Shown here: one piece after another, positions 49,605 through 63,161 of the stretch
Layout of the letters: each line of letters opens with the position of its first letter
Position numbering within the stretch: position 1 is the stretch's first letter
Assembly (NCBI GenBank): GCA_051313645.2
Contig: JBNRSN020000026.1
Location: 70,928,001 to 70,992,000, forward strand
Length of the DNA stretch: 64,000 nt
DNA from: Centroscyllium fabricii
Taxonomy: Eukaryota
Direction of reading: 5' to 3'
Notes under the pieces: model-generated
What the model saw: the letters and a program-made list of their open reading frames with translations, nothing else
The model's database searches: none
Told to the model about the DNA's origin: nothing
Program-made: the position numbers and the translations under genes

Positions 49605-51658
49605 ATGGCTTTGGCGAGTGTTTGGAGATGTTGGATTGTGTTGGTCTTGTTGCCCGGGACCCTGAGTCTGGGCTGTGAGAGGCTGCAGTTACAGCAAGTT
49701 CTCAACACAGAGACTCTGAGCAAACTGAGTGAAATGGTGAGTTTAACCTGCATCCCGAGCCGGATCCGAACCATCTACTTTCTGCTCATTGTGGAAAGTT
49801 ATATCAGGAGAAAATGTTTGTGGTGTTTGTAATTTGACACAATTAATAGGCAGCGATGTTCCAGTATTTCAGTGGGGCTGACTTTAATACAGACTGTCTG
49901 CTCCTCTCAGGGCGGCCCCTTTCCCCGACAGTGTGTAAGAGAGAGGCTCCGGCTGAAAACCAAGCCCTTCAATCTGGTGAAACTTTCAGAGGGATTACAG
50001 GTGAGTGAACTCTATTTCATTGGACTTTATTCAAACAAAAGTTTTATACAAAGCATGAGTAAGATAAACAAGCTGATCAGAATTTTAATCAAGATATTTA
50101 AATCCAGTGTTAGTTGCCCATTGAAGTTAAAATGCCAGTCGAGCCATTCACTCACTCTATGTCACTCTCTCTAACTAGCTCAATCACTCTAACTAGCTCA
50201 CTCTCTCTAACTAGCTCAATCTCTCAAACTAGCTCACTCTCTCTAACTAGCTCACTCTCTCTAACTAGCTCACCCTCTCTAACTAGCTCCCTCTCTCTAA
50301 CTAGCTCACTCTCTCTAACTAGCTCACTCTCTCTAACTAGCTCACTCTCCCTAACTAGCTCTCTAACTAGCTCAATCTCTCTAACTAGCTCACTCTCTCT
50401 AACTAGCTCACTCTCTCTAACTAGCTCTCTAACTAGCTCACTCTCTCTATCTCACCTATTATCTCACTGCCATTAACTGCTAACTCCCTCTAATCATCTC
50501 ACACCCTCTATTCATTGAAGCCCCTCTAATCTTCCATTCTGGTTCCTAGATGATCCCACCCATCCTTTGATTATCCTTTTACTATTTCATAGAATTATAG
50601 AATGGTTCCCGCACATAAGAAGGCCATTCGGCCCGTTGAGCCAGTGCCGGCTCTCTGCAAGAACACTTCAGCTAGTCCCGCTCCCCCGCCCTTTCCCCGT
50701 GGCCCTGCCATTTTTTCAGGTAATTAACCAATTCCCTTTTGAATGTCACAAATCTTTTTTATGCTTCTAAAACACATTTGGGAGTCCTTTAATATCCCCC
50801 ACCAATCTAATCCCATACATTCTCTTTGAACCTCATTTCCCTTTTCAGTTGTTCTTCACACTTTCTGAATTCAGCTTGGTTCTCTACTGTATTATTAGCT
50901 TAACGTTTGTCATAAGCCTCCTTTAGCTGTTTCATTGACATCTCCACCTTCAGTGATCCGGGGAGAGATAGCTTTGCATGCCCTGCCTTTCCCCTGGTGC
51001 GAATGTGTCTAGACTGCACCCAAACCATCTTCTCTTTGAAGGCTTTCCATTGCTAATTTACTGTTACACCTGCAAATCCTAGATTCCAATACACTGGAAT
51101 TAGCCCTCCTCCAGTTGACTATTGTCACTTGTGATTGATGCTTGTCCTTTTCCATAACTGCTCGAAACCTAAAAAGGAACAGGTCCCCTCTAACGACCTT
51201 GTGTGTATTGTGCACAGACCCAGGACAGGATCCAGATTGTCCATCAAACACTGCGTCACCTCACCAAGATCTACAGCATGAACCTGGACTCAGTCACATG
51301 GCCCCGGGACAAGGTGGAAAACTTCCGTCTTCTCCTGGATCGGCAGCTCGGGGAGCTGGAAGAATGTGTCAGGAAACAGGGCCCAGATTCCAGGCCCAGG
51401 AGAATCACCTCAATTCACAAATACTTCAAAAAACTGAGAAAGTTTCTCAAACAGAAGGTGGGACAATTGATATTTTATTGAGATAACTGACACTTTCAGT
51501 CTCCCGATTTAAACCTGTTCATTCTCTAATGGATTTTCCTGAATATTTCTCTTTCTCAGAGATTCAGTGACTGCGCCTGGGAAATAATCCGCGCTGAGAC
51601 CAGGGCCCGATTACAACAGATCCTTTTCATAACGGCACAAATCAGAAGAAGAAACTGA
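49605..51658 (+). CDS. ifn: Type I interferon, copy 4 (186 aa); exons 49605-49736, 49911-50000, 51218-51457, 51560-51658
   Basis: Intact splice sites and frame; CAWE motif; variants NLDS, KQGPDS and RITS. Confidence 0.93.
50163..50450. repeat. 18-bp intron-2 minisatellite, gene 4 (shortest array)
   Basis: Directly visible. Confidence 0.95.
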
Positions 51659-53015
51659 AAACTTTCCAAAGACATGTTTCGTACAGGCTGGGAACAAAGA
51701 ATATATATTTAAAAGACCGCCTATTTATTTTTTTAAATTATATTTTAACTTATTATATTGTTGTAATATCGCGATTGGGTGCAAGGTGACTGATGGAGGA
51801 CAAGGACTGTCTTGATATTGATCCATGTTGGATCATTTATTTGAATTTATTGATGGTTATTGCTGTGACAGTTGCCTGTGATGAAATGTTAGAGCTTTGA
51901 CTGGGGGTGAGTCTGAGGAAAATCCTGTCTCTGTCCCTTCCTTCAGGGACTGGCAGCTGCGACAGTGAAAAGTTTCATCTCAGGTTCGCTCTGTGGGACA
52001 CCTTATTCCACTCGCTGCTTTCCCAGTGTCGGCTCTCTGGACTGACCCTCCCGGCTGAAGCTACCTTTTGTCCCTCATCTCATCAGAATTGAGTCAAGTT
52101 TATTGCTGGACACAATAAAATGTTGCAGATTTTTCACAACGTGTAAAGTCAAAAATGAGAAGAAGTAACGGAAGATTTCTCAATGACATGTTTAACACAG
52201 ACTGAGAACGATGAGCTATTTTAAAGACCTCGAATTTTAAAATGTATATATTTTAATATCTGTAACGTATTGCTAAGTATAGACTGTTGTCAGCTTGGCT
52301 CAGAGGTAATCCTCTTAAGTCAGAAGGTTCTGGCTCCAAACCCCACTCTCAAATGAACTCTTTTATTTCCATTCAGCTTTATGAGGCTCCTTATTCCAGT
52401 CGCTGAACTTCCAGTGACAACTCTCTGCACTGGGAATGGCCGGCCAATACTCACTCTGTCACTGGCTTTCATGGCACTGATTGGCTCTCGATGGTCGGGT
52501 TGCGAAACAATGACCCATGACCTGATCCCTGACCTGCACTGACCTTTCCATTTCCGCTTTCCCAGCGGCCAACACTCCAACTCGTCCTGGGTATTCCTAA
52601 TTTATTGATATTTATAGTTGTGATGTTTTCTACAATGTGTTAAATGAGTTCAGAAAGAACTGTTAATTTATTCATATTTATTCAGATTTGGGGAACAATG
52701 TTTTTCTACACTGGAAGCTTTTTATACTGAATGAGAACATGTTGGTGTAAATAAATTGTTTACAATATAACATTTTTATTGGAGTCATATTTATTTCTCA
52801 TTTGAATCTGTCAGTTTTCCAGACTCACTATAAGTGCTCTGGATTGCTCTGCCTGCTGCCTCTGACTGGCATTCCCTGTCCGCTCGATTCCCCACTGGCT
52901 GATATTTCCTCGCCTGTCAAATTTGTGAATCCAATTGGCTTGCTATTCTAGGGGAGGGGAATGAGTGGAGAGTGGGAGTGAAAATCATTTATATGACATC
53001 TAACCCTGCACCTTC

Positions 53016-53315
53016 ATAGAATCATAGAATCCCTACAGTGCAGATAGAGGCCATTTTGGCCCATCAAGCCTGCACCGACACATATCCCACCCTATCCCCG
53101 TAACCCCACATATTTAATCCACCTAACACTAAGGGCCAATTTATCCTGGCCAATCAACCTAACCCGCACATCTTTGGACTGTGGGAGGAAACCGGAGCAC
53201 CCGGAGGAAACCCACGCAGACACGGGGAGAATGTGCAAACTCCACACAGATAGTACCCGAGGCTGGATTTGAACCCGGGCCCCTGGCGCTGTGAGGCAAC
53301 AGTGCCACCGTGCAG
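53016..53315 (-). mobile_element. HE1/V-SINE-like SINE, unit-specific, TSD CCTTC
   Basis: V-domain-like tgtgggaggaaaccggagcacccggaggaaacccacgcagacacggggagaatgtgcaaactccacacag, B-box (ggttcaaatcc on minus) and (ATTCTATG) tail. CCTTC at 53011-53015 and 53316-53320; empty site gcaccttctgcaaag in other units. Confidence 0.85.
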
Positions 53316-53818
53316 CCTTCTGCAAAGCTGTACCTTTAACACTGACTGTATCCCTTTAGCTGTATATGTGAGCTTCTTGAAAACTCAGTGAATTATTGAA
53401 GCACCAGGCGATCTTTACAGATTCATGGTGACTGTCCCTAATGAGCCAATGCCTTTCCAACTGTTCACTAATTTCATCCCAGACTATGGACTCCATAATT
53501 TTACCCACAGCTCAGGCAAGGCTAAAAGGGATATAATTTTGTCACCCTTCAATCTTTAGGCAAGATACTTGATTTCAAACTTATGTGGGTTGTGATTATT
53601 TCTTCTTTCTGTCATTGAGGCAATTCATCACTTTCTTGCTCTGCGTATGATCTGCACCTGGTGAATTTTCTACTTCCTACTTTCAGTCGCACTTTTGTTT
53701 ATACTCCCGTCCCCTTTGCTCCCTTGTTACTCACTTCATCCTTGCTTTTGTATATTTATCTCCATTTCTCGATTGTACATTCCCCTCAGGTTCCATTTTC
53801 ACCTTCTTCAGTAACAAC

Positions 53819-54260
53819 TGTGTCTCAGTGGGGAACACTCTTGCCTGTGAGTCGGAAGATTGTGGGTTTAAGTCCCACTCCAATGACTTGAGCACAAAAT
53901 CTAGGCTGAAGGAGTGCTGCACTGTCGGAGGTGCTGTCTTTCTGATGAAATGTTAAACCGAGGCCCTGTCTGCTCTCTCAGGTGGATGTCAGAGAGCCCA
54001 TGGCATTATTGCGAAGTAGCGCACGGGAGTTATCGCCGGTGTCCTGACCAATATTTATCCCTCAATCAACATCAGTCAATACCGGATGATGTTGTCATTA
54101 TCACATTGCTGTTTGTGGGGGCTTGCTGTGTGTAATTTGGGTGCCGAGTTTCCTACATTACAACAGTGTCTACACTTTTAAAGTGTTTCATTGGCTGTAA
54201 AGCACTTCGGGATGTGCGGTGGGTGTGAATGGCGCTATATAAATGCAAGTCTTTCTTTCT
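53819..54260 (+). mobile_element. Deu-domain SINE copy, unit 4
   Basis: Paralogue of 19013-19454. Confidence 0.65.
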
Positions 54261-56386
54261 AACAGAGGCATGTTACAGATTAAGGATCTTTACCACTTAT
54301 TCAAACTCAAGTACACGCACAGGAAGTAAGGCTTGTGGCCTAAAATATTATCCCATCTTCCCATGATATTTTATGGGGAGGGCAAATGGGTCAGTTTATT
54401 CCCACATTTGCCCCCTTTGCATTCCCCACCATTCCAGCTTCCGCTGTTCATCCCTCTGTGTTGCACCCACTCACTCGCATCACAATCTCTACCTCTTCTC
54501 ATTTGAACTAGTGACTAGTTTGTGTAATCAGACTGTCGAGTTCACAGAAACAAGACCCGGAATAAATGTCAACATAGGAAGATATAATTGGCAAAAGCAA
54601 ACTGGAGATTTCGCTCGTTTGTGTTGGTTTTTTTCAGCGTAATTCGTCTTAAATCGATGAAACCTGTGCAAATGGTGATGGAAAGTTAAGCGCAAATTAC
54701 GCCCAGCGGAAATAAAGTTGCCGCTATTTTTGCACCAGTTTAAGTAACATCACTCTAGGAGCCGGCACCACCCACAAAACTGGCCTCGTCCCTCGGTCCA
54801 ATTACTCACCATCGGGATTTTCTGCTAATTCTGCTCATTTGCTGCCTTCGCGGAGGCTCCAAAAATTAAAATGCTTCTTTTGAAATAAAGACAGACTTGC
54901 ATTTATGTAGCGCCTTTCAAACACACCAGACATCTGGTAGCGCTTTACAGCCAATAAATACTTTTTGAACTGTAGTCACCGATGGAATGCAGGTCATTTG
55001 GGGGCAAGGACACTAATAGGCATATATTAAAAACATTTGAATTTATTTTTAACCTTTTTAATTTAATAAGACTCTGACCCCAATATACCCCAATATAACT
55101 AACAAAGGTTTCTGTATCATTTTTAAAAGTCATTTTCAATAATTTAATTTAAAATTGGGTTACTTACAGTTGGTGGATTGAAACAGTGTTTAAATAATGC
55201 TTAATTTTTACATTAACCCGATTTTCAGCTGTATTAATCAAACTGCACCAAGTTACAACTCTTAAATATATCGAGTAATAATTTTAAAGGCAATTTGTTT
55301 AAGTTACGTTTTAAAACGCCGCCCGGTTGCGATGGTTCATCCGAAAGAACAACAGAAAACGCTGGAGAAACTCAGCAGGCCAGGCAGCATCGGTGGAGAG
55401 AGAAACAGAGTTAACAGTTTGTGGAATCTGACCAAGGGAGTCACTTCACTTCAGCTGTGTCTGTGGAAAAAGGACTTTGGTATTTCGAAGCCGGACAGAA
55501 TTTATACATATGCATTGAAAACAAATCCAAATGCACTCTGGCCTGTAAATAAAGGCCATGGCAGTGTTTGCCCAAAATTGGGAAACAGATTAAGAGGGCC
55601 ATCAAGATTGAGTAGGCCCATCGATACCGATTGGAAACAAATCAAGGTTGTTGTCGACCGGTAGCGACGATTACCGGCCAGCCAAAAGTTGTTAACTAGA
55701 CCACTACCCTTTGTTAAATTAGCCAGCCAAAGCAAAAGACAAAGAACTGACCTGATTTGGTGGGAGATAAGGGTTTCGTCAGAAATGTATAACTGGGAAC
55801 CCAGGGTAGCCATCTGGGGACAATCTTCTCAGCAGCTCTCGTCTCTGGTTCGTCTGTATCGATTTCTAGTTTCTCTGCTCCTGGTTCATGGCAGGTTTTG
55901 ATTTGAACGATTTGCAAATGGAAACTCAAAAGAAATCGCTTCTCAAAACTGGCGCAATTTTGGTAGTGGGATGGTAGGGGGGGCAAAGTAGGCAAAAGTG
56001 GGGATAAACTGACATATGAAGTTCGACAAAGTGGAAACACTGCCCCAAACATGTGACAGAAAGGTAACATCGGGAAGTCAAGTAATGCAGAAGGATTTGT
56101 GCATGAATGTAAGATTATTATATATTATAGATTAATATGCTGATAAGATTCCTTGCTGTTTCACTTTATGTTGTCTACCAGTGTTCTTTAATATTCCACC
56201 TTAAATTTCCATATCTCCTTTTCGTCTCCATTCTAAACTTTTTATAAATCATACAGTTTTATTCGGCATTAGGGTACTATTAACAGCCTCTGCTGCCCCG
56301 GCCCGAAGCTCTGAAATTCCCTGCCTAAATCTCTCTGCCTCTTTACCTCTCTTTCCTCCTATAGACCCTCCTTAAAACCTACTTCT

Positions 56387-57514
56387 CGGAGCTCACAGAG
56401 TTGGTGGTATTATATTAGCATGGATAGAGAATTGGCTAACTAACAGAAAGCACATGTTGGGGTAAATGGGTAATTTTCTGGTTGGGAAACCATAACTAAT
56501 GGGGTGCCACAGGGATCAGTGCTGGTGCCTCAACTATTTACAATCTACATTAATGATTTGGATGAAGGGTTCGAGGGTAATGTAGCCAGGTTTGCAGATG
56601 ATACAAAGATGGGTGGGGAAGCAAGTTGTGCAGAGGACTCCAAGAATCTGCAAAGGGATATAGACAGGCTAAGCGAGTGGGCAAAGAGTTGGCAGATGGA
56701 GTATAATGTGGGAAAGTGCGAGGTTATCCACTTTGGCAGGAAAAATAAAAAAGCTAATTATTATTTAAATAAAGAGAGATTACAAAATGCTACAGTTCAG
56801 AGGGACCTGGGGGTCCTTTTGCATGAAACACAAACAGTTAGCAGCAGGTGCAGCAAGTAATCAAAAAGGTAAATGGAATGTTGGCCTTTATTTCAAGGAG
56901 GTTGGAATATAAAAGCAGGGAAGACCTGCTACAACTGTACAGGGTATTGGTGAGACCACACCTGGAGTACAATTTTCGTCTCCTAATTTAAGGAAGGTAT
57001 ACTTGCATTGGAGGCAGTTCAGAGTCAATTCACTCGGGTAATTGCAGAGGTGAGGGGGTTTTCTTATGAGGGAAGGTTGAGCAGGTTGGGCCGATACTCT
57101 TTGGAGATTAGAAGAATGAGAGGTGATCTTATCGAAACATATAAGATACTGAGGGGGCTCGACAGGGTAGAAGCTGAGAGGATGTTTCCCCTCGTGGGGG
57201 AATCTAGAACTCGGGGGCACAGTCTCAGAATAAAGAGTCGCCCTTTTAGAACTGAGATGAGGAGGAACTTCCTCTCTCTGAGGGTCGTAAATCTGTGGAA
57301 TTCTCTGCCAGAGAGCCGTGGAGGCTGGGTCATTAAATACATTTAAGGTGGAGATAGACACATTTTTGCAAGATGAGGGAGTGAAGGGTTATGGGGAGCA
57401 GGCTGGGAAGTGGCTTTGAGCCCGAGATCAGCCATGATCTTATTGAATGGCGGAGCAGGCTCGAGGGGCCAAGAGGCCCATTCCTGCTCCTATTTCTTAT
57501 GTTCTGATGTTCTT
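56387..57514 (+). mobile_element. CR1 fragment (near-identical to 21579-22708)
   Basis: Same sequence at an offset of ~34.8 kb. Confidence 0.85.
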
Positions 57515-58076
57515 GGGTAATTCTTTGACCAAGCTCCCGGACACCTGCCCTAATTTATCTTTATGTGACTCGGTGTCAATTTTTCTGTCTTAAAACACTC
57601 CCGGGAAGCGCCTTGTGACGTTTTACTATCGTTAAAGGCGCTATATAAATGCAAGTTGTTTTTGCTGTTGTTGTAAGCATTATTTTAAATTTCAGTTTTC
57701 CTCTGAGCTCTCGCTCTCACCGTTTACCCCGCCCACCAACCTTGCATGGCCAATGAAATGTGCCGAAACAAAATGAATTGGTTTTTACAAACCTTTATCT
57801 CTTTAAATTGCTGCAATACGATTGTTTAACTGAATCACTCTCTGCCGCTGTCTCCAGCTGGTGCCCGTGGGATCTCAGTCCCAGGTACACTCGGAGGGAA
57901 GTTACTGTTCGCAATTAGAGCTGAGAGTGATTTGACGATATTCCCGGTGTAACCGGGGCTCTCCCGGAGATCCCAAACCTTTTCCCAGCTCCCGCTCCCC
58001 CTCTCACTCTGACCCGTGCTGTGTCCAAACCCTCCGCACTTTCGGAAATGACAAAACTCCTCACTTTCCCGGAGAC

Positions 58077-58584
58077 ACTTTCGCTTTCGGGTGTATTTGA
58101 CAAAGCTCATTTCCACCGAGAAACTGACTCGGACACTTTCCCGGGAGAGAGACCAGAAAAACAGGATGAAAGAAAAGGCAGCGGGACCCCCTTCGGACTC
58201 AGTGTGGGAACGGATTAAATATTCTTCAAAAACCGAGTCTGAAAATGACTCCAGAAAACACCCAGGAAGGGACAACCTTAAAGAGCAGAGTCTCCGACAG
58301 GTGAATCCGGGGGAGACAGTCGGCATCAGGCGGTGCCCCTGGGCTGTGAGCCGGGGTCTCTCCAATGTCCACACTCCCCCAATACAGACCCCACCCCCCT
58401 CGACACCAGCTCAGGGCCCCGGGGATCCCAGTCCACACAACCCGGAGCTGGTGCTGATCTCCCAGCGGGGATTTTCCAGCCTCTGGTTCCGGAATCTCCA
58501 GCTTTTGGATTCCTTACCTCAGAAAGAAAGCGGACAAACACCTGTAACTTTTCCAAACCTCCTGCGGTCCGATTTCACTTTTCC
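58077..58584 (+). promoter_or_regulatory. Distal IFN promoter, unit 5 (ISRE 58077-58088, NF-kB 58468-58477, IRF-E 58573-58584)
   Basis: Same motifs as 10861-11373. Confidence 0.65.
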
Positions 58585-58813
58585 AATGTAATGGTCCACA
58601 TTAAAGCCGGCAGCGCGGCAGTGAGAGCTCCCACAGTGTCGAGCCGCTCACACACTCCACCCGGCAACACAGGCGCTCGCTCCCGGATCACAAGCGGCTG
58701 CATTTCGACTTCCAGAGTTTCATTCGGTGAACAGGAACCGTTTTCTGAGCTGAATCCGGATCCGCTGGGTTTTTGACGCTTCAGATCGGTGCTTTATCCG
58801 GGCTCGGTCCAGC

Positions 58814-58945
58814 ATGGCTTTGGCGAGTGTTTGGAGATGTTGGATTGTGTTGGTCTTGTTGCCCGGGACCCTGAGTCTGGGCTGTGAGAGGCTGCAGTTA
58901 CAGCAAGTTCTCAACACAGAGACTCTGAGCAAACTGAGTGAAATG
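58814..58945 (+). other. Orphan copy of IFN exon 1, unit 5
   Basis: Intact ATG, 44 codons and GTGAGT donor. Confidence 0.85.
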
Positions 58946-60516
58946 GTGAGTTTAACCCGCATCCCGAGCCGGATCCGAACCACACAGGGTCTGTTTGCTG
59001 TGATAACTCATGTCAGGAGAAACAGTTTGAAGTTGTCTGTTATTTGTGCAATTAATAGTCACTCTCCGTCAGTATTGATTTGACGGTATTAATTGTTAAC
59101 GGGATTCTCTTCTGTAACTCTTGGGATCATTCCCTGAGACTGTGCAACAGCAAAAGCTCTCTGAACCCTAGAGGGGTAATTCATCCCTGATGGGACCGAG
59201 AGACTCAGGTCCAGGGGACAGGCGGAATCAGGGGCTGACTAGATTGGGACATCAATACTGAGGGAGAGGGAGAATCTGATGCTGAGTGAAGAGGTGGGAT
59301 CAGGCAGTGGGAGGCGAGGGAAGTTAGTCTGAGGCTAGAGGAGAATCTGGCTCTAAGCGGAGAAAGGAAATGAGAGACTGAAGAGAGTGGGGGTCTTATA
59401 CTGAGGGGAGTGGGTATCAGACTCCGAGAGAGAGAAAGGAATCAAGGCTTCAGGGAGAGAGGGATTCAGACCCTAAGGCGAGGGGGAATCAAATTTGTGG
59501 AGGAACTGGAATCAGATACTGAGGGGATGGGGAATGAGACACTGAGGGGCAAGAGGAATCTTAAAACTGAGTGAAGAGGGGAATTCAGACACTGAGGGGG
59601 AGAGGAAATGAAAAACTGGGGAGAAGGATAATATTAAATGGAGGGGAGATGACACAGACAATGGGGGGAGGTGGGATCAGTCACTCGGGGGAGGTGGGAT
59701 CAGACCCTGGGGGAGAATTGACACCAGACGCTGAGGGGAAGGGGTGGTTTAATATTATGGGGAGAATCAGGACTGAGAGAGAGTGAGAACAAGATCCTGA
59801 ATCTGAGGAAAGAGAGGGAACCAGATATCGACGAGTGAGGGGACGAGGAATCAGACTTTGAGTGGAGGGGGGGATGAGACCCTGTGGAGAGGGAGGATCA
59901 GATACAGGGGGGAGGGGTATCAGCCCCTGAAGAGAGATGTGCCCTGATATTGAAGGGGAAATGAGAGTCTGAGGGCCGAGGGGAAGCAATACTGTGGGAA
60001 AAGGCAGAATGTGATGGTGAGGGAAGAGGGGAATCAGATCTTCTGGGTAGACAGAAATCAAACTTTGAGCGGCGAACAGATGAGATACTGAGGGGAGAGA
60101 GAGAGTCGGACCCTGGTGGGAGGTGGGATCAGACTCTGTGAATCAGTGAATAGAGTGTGAGGGGAGAATGCGAACCAGACACTGTGGAGAGTGGAAATTA
60201 TAAACTGAAGCCCGAGGATCAGAAACTGAGGGAAGAAGGACAATGAGACACTGAGGAAAGTGGGGGATGTGAGCTGAGAGGGGAAAGGGGTATTAGAGAC
60301 CACCATCAATCAATCTACCCGTCTGCCCCCTTAGTGCCCCCGTGATGCGAGTCCATACATTTTGGAGAAACCAGTAAGATTTTCAAAATCCATATTGATA
60401 ATATTGATACAAATTACTGGACATTGAGCTGGCATGGGCTCGACGGGCCGAGTGGCCTGTTTCTGCGCTGTAACCATTCTATGTTTCAATGAACCTGTGG
60501 TTGTGATCTTCTAACG

Positions 60517-60639
60517 GGGATTTTCCAGTCGCTGGTTCAGGAATCTCCAGCTTTTGGATTCCTTACCTCAGAAAGGAGGCGCACAAACTATTGCTTCCCT
60601 GCAGCTCTTCCAACACTCCTCCATCCCGATTTCACTTTT
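60517..60639 (+). promoter_or_regulatory. Proximal IFN promoter, gene 5 (NF-kB 60517-60526, IRF-E 60630-60639)
   Basis: GGGATTTTCC and TTTCACTTTT. Confidence 0.65.
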
Positions 60640-60867
60640 GGATTGTAATGGCCACATCGCCAATCCCTCCTCTTATAGTGGGAGCTCCCACAGTGTCCAG
60701 CCGCTCACACACACTCCACAACACAACTGGTCGCTCCCGGAGCAGAAGCGGCTGTATTTCGACTTCCAGAGTTTAATTCGGTGAACAGGAACCGTTTTCT
60801 GAGCTGAATCCGGATCCACTGGGTTTCTAACCCTTCAGATCGGTGCTTTACCCTGGCTCGGTCCAGC

Positions 60868-63161
60868 ATGGCTTTGGCGAGTGTTTGGAGATGTTGGATT
60901 GTGTTGGTCTTGTTGCCCGGGACCCTGAGTCTGGGCTGTGAGAGGCTGCAGTTACAGCAAGTTCTCAACACAGAGACTCTGAGCAAACTGAGTGAAATGG
61001 TGAGTTTAACCTGCATCCCGAGCCGGATCCGAACCATCTACTTTGTGCTCCTTGTGGAAAGTTATATCAGGAGAACATGTTTGTGGTGTTTGTAATTTGA
61101 CACAATTAATAGGCAGCGATGTTCCAGTATTTCAGTGGGGCTGATTGTAACACTGACTGTCTGCTCCACTCAGGGCGGCCCCTTTCCCCGACAGTGTGTA
61201 AGAGAGAGGCTCCGACTGAAAACCAAGCCCTTGAATCTGGTGAAACTTTCAGAGGGATTACAGGTGAGTGAACTCTATTTCATTTGACTTTATTCAAACA
61301 AAAGTTTAATACAAAGCACGAGTAAGATAAACAAGCTGATCAGAATTTTAATCAGGAAATTTAAATCCAGTGTTAGTTGCCCATTGAAGTTAAAATGCCA
61401 GTCGAGCCATTCACTCACTCTGTGTCACTCTCTCTAACTAGCTCTCTCTCTAACTAGCTCACTCTCTAACTAGCTCACTCTCTCCAACTAGCTCACCCTC
61501 TCTAACTAGCTCTCTCTCTCTAACTAGCTCCCTCTCTCTAACTAGCTCCCTCTCTCTAACTAGCTCAATCTCTCTAACTAGCTCACTCTCTCTAACTAGC
61601 TCACCCTCTCTAACTAGCTCACTCTCACTAACTAGCTCCCTCTCTGTAACTGGCTCCCTCTCTCTAACTAGCTCACTCTCTCTAACTAGCTCACTCTCTC
61701 TAAATAGCTCACCCTCTCTAACTAGCTCCCTCTCTCTAACTAGCTCACCCTCTCTAACTAGCTCCCTCTTTGTAACTAGCTCACTCTCTCTTACTATTTC
61801 ACTCTCTCTAACTAGCTCAATCTCTCTAACTAGCTCACTCTCTCTAACTAGCTCACTCTCTCTAACTAGCTCCCTCTCTCTAACTAGCTCACTCTCTCTA
61901 ACTAGCACACTCTCTCTAACTAACTCCCTTTCTCTAACTAGCTCACTCTCTCTATCTCACCTATTATCTCACTCCCATTAACTACTAACTCCCTCTAATC
62001 ATCTCACACCCTCTATTCATTGAAACCCCTCTAATCTTCCATTCTCCTCCCTAGATGATCGCACCCATCCTTTGACTATCCTTTTACTATTTCATAGAAT
62101 TAGAGAATGGTTCCCGCACATAAGGAGGCCATTCGGCCCATCGAGCCAGTGCCGGCTCTCTGCAAGAACACTTCAGCTAGTCCCGCTCCACCGCCCTTTC
62201 CCCGTGGCCCTGCCATTTTTTCAGGAATTTAACCAATTCCCTTTTGAAACCCACAAATCTTTTTATGCTTCTAAAACACATTTGGGAGCCCTTTAATATC
62301 CCCCACTAATCTATTCCATACATTCTCTTTGAACCTCATTGCCCTTTTCAGTTGTTCTTCACACTTTCTGCATTCAGCTTGGTTCTCTACTGTATTATAA
62401 GCTTAACTTTGGTCATAAGCCTCCTTTAGCTGTTTCATTGAAATCTCCACCTTCAGTGATCCGGGGAGAGATAGCTTTGCATGCCCTGCCTTTCCCCTGG
62501 TGCGAATGTGTCTAGACTGCACCCAAACCATCTTCTCTTTCAAGGCTGTCCATTGTATATTTTCTATTTCACCTGCAAATCCTAGATTCCAATACACTGG
62601 AATGAGCCCTCCTCCAGTTGACTATTGTCACTTGTGATTGATGCTTGTCCTTTTCCATAACTGCTCGAAACCTAAAAAGGGACAGGTCCCCTCTAACGAC
62701 CTTGTGTGTATTGTGCACAGACCCAGGACAGGATCCAGATTGTCCATCAAACACTGCATCACCTCACCAAGATCTACAGCATGAACCCGGGCTCAGTCAC
62801 ATGGCTCCGGGACAAGGTGGAAAACTTCCGTCTTCTCCTGGATCGGCAGCTCGGGGAGCTGGAAGAATGTGTCAGGAAACCGGGAACAGAGTCCAGGCCC
62901 AGGAGAATCGCCTCAATTCACAAATACTTTAAAAAACTGAGAAAGTTTCTCAAACAGAAGGTGGGACAATTGATATTTTACTGAGATTACTGACACTTTA
63001 AGTCACCCGATTTAAACCTGTTCATTCTCTAATAGATTTTCCTGAATATTTCTCTTTCTCAGAGATTCAGTGACTGCGCCTGGGAAATAATCCGCGCTGA
63101 GACCAGGGCCCGATTACAACAGATCCTTTTCATAACGGCAAAAATCAGAAGAAGAAACTGA
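60868..63161 (+). CDS. ifn: Type I interferon, copy 5 (186 aa, same protein as copy 2); exons 60868-60999, 61174-61263, 62721-62960, 63063-63161
   Basis: Intact splice sites and frame; CAWE motif. Confidence 0.93.
61425..61956. repeat. 18-bp intron-2 minisatellite, gene 5
   Basis: Same variant-unit pattern as in gene 2. Confidence 0.95.
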
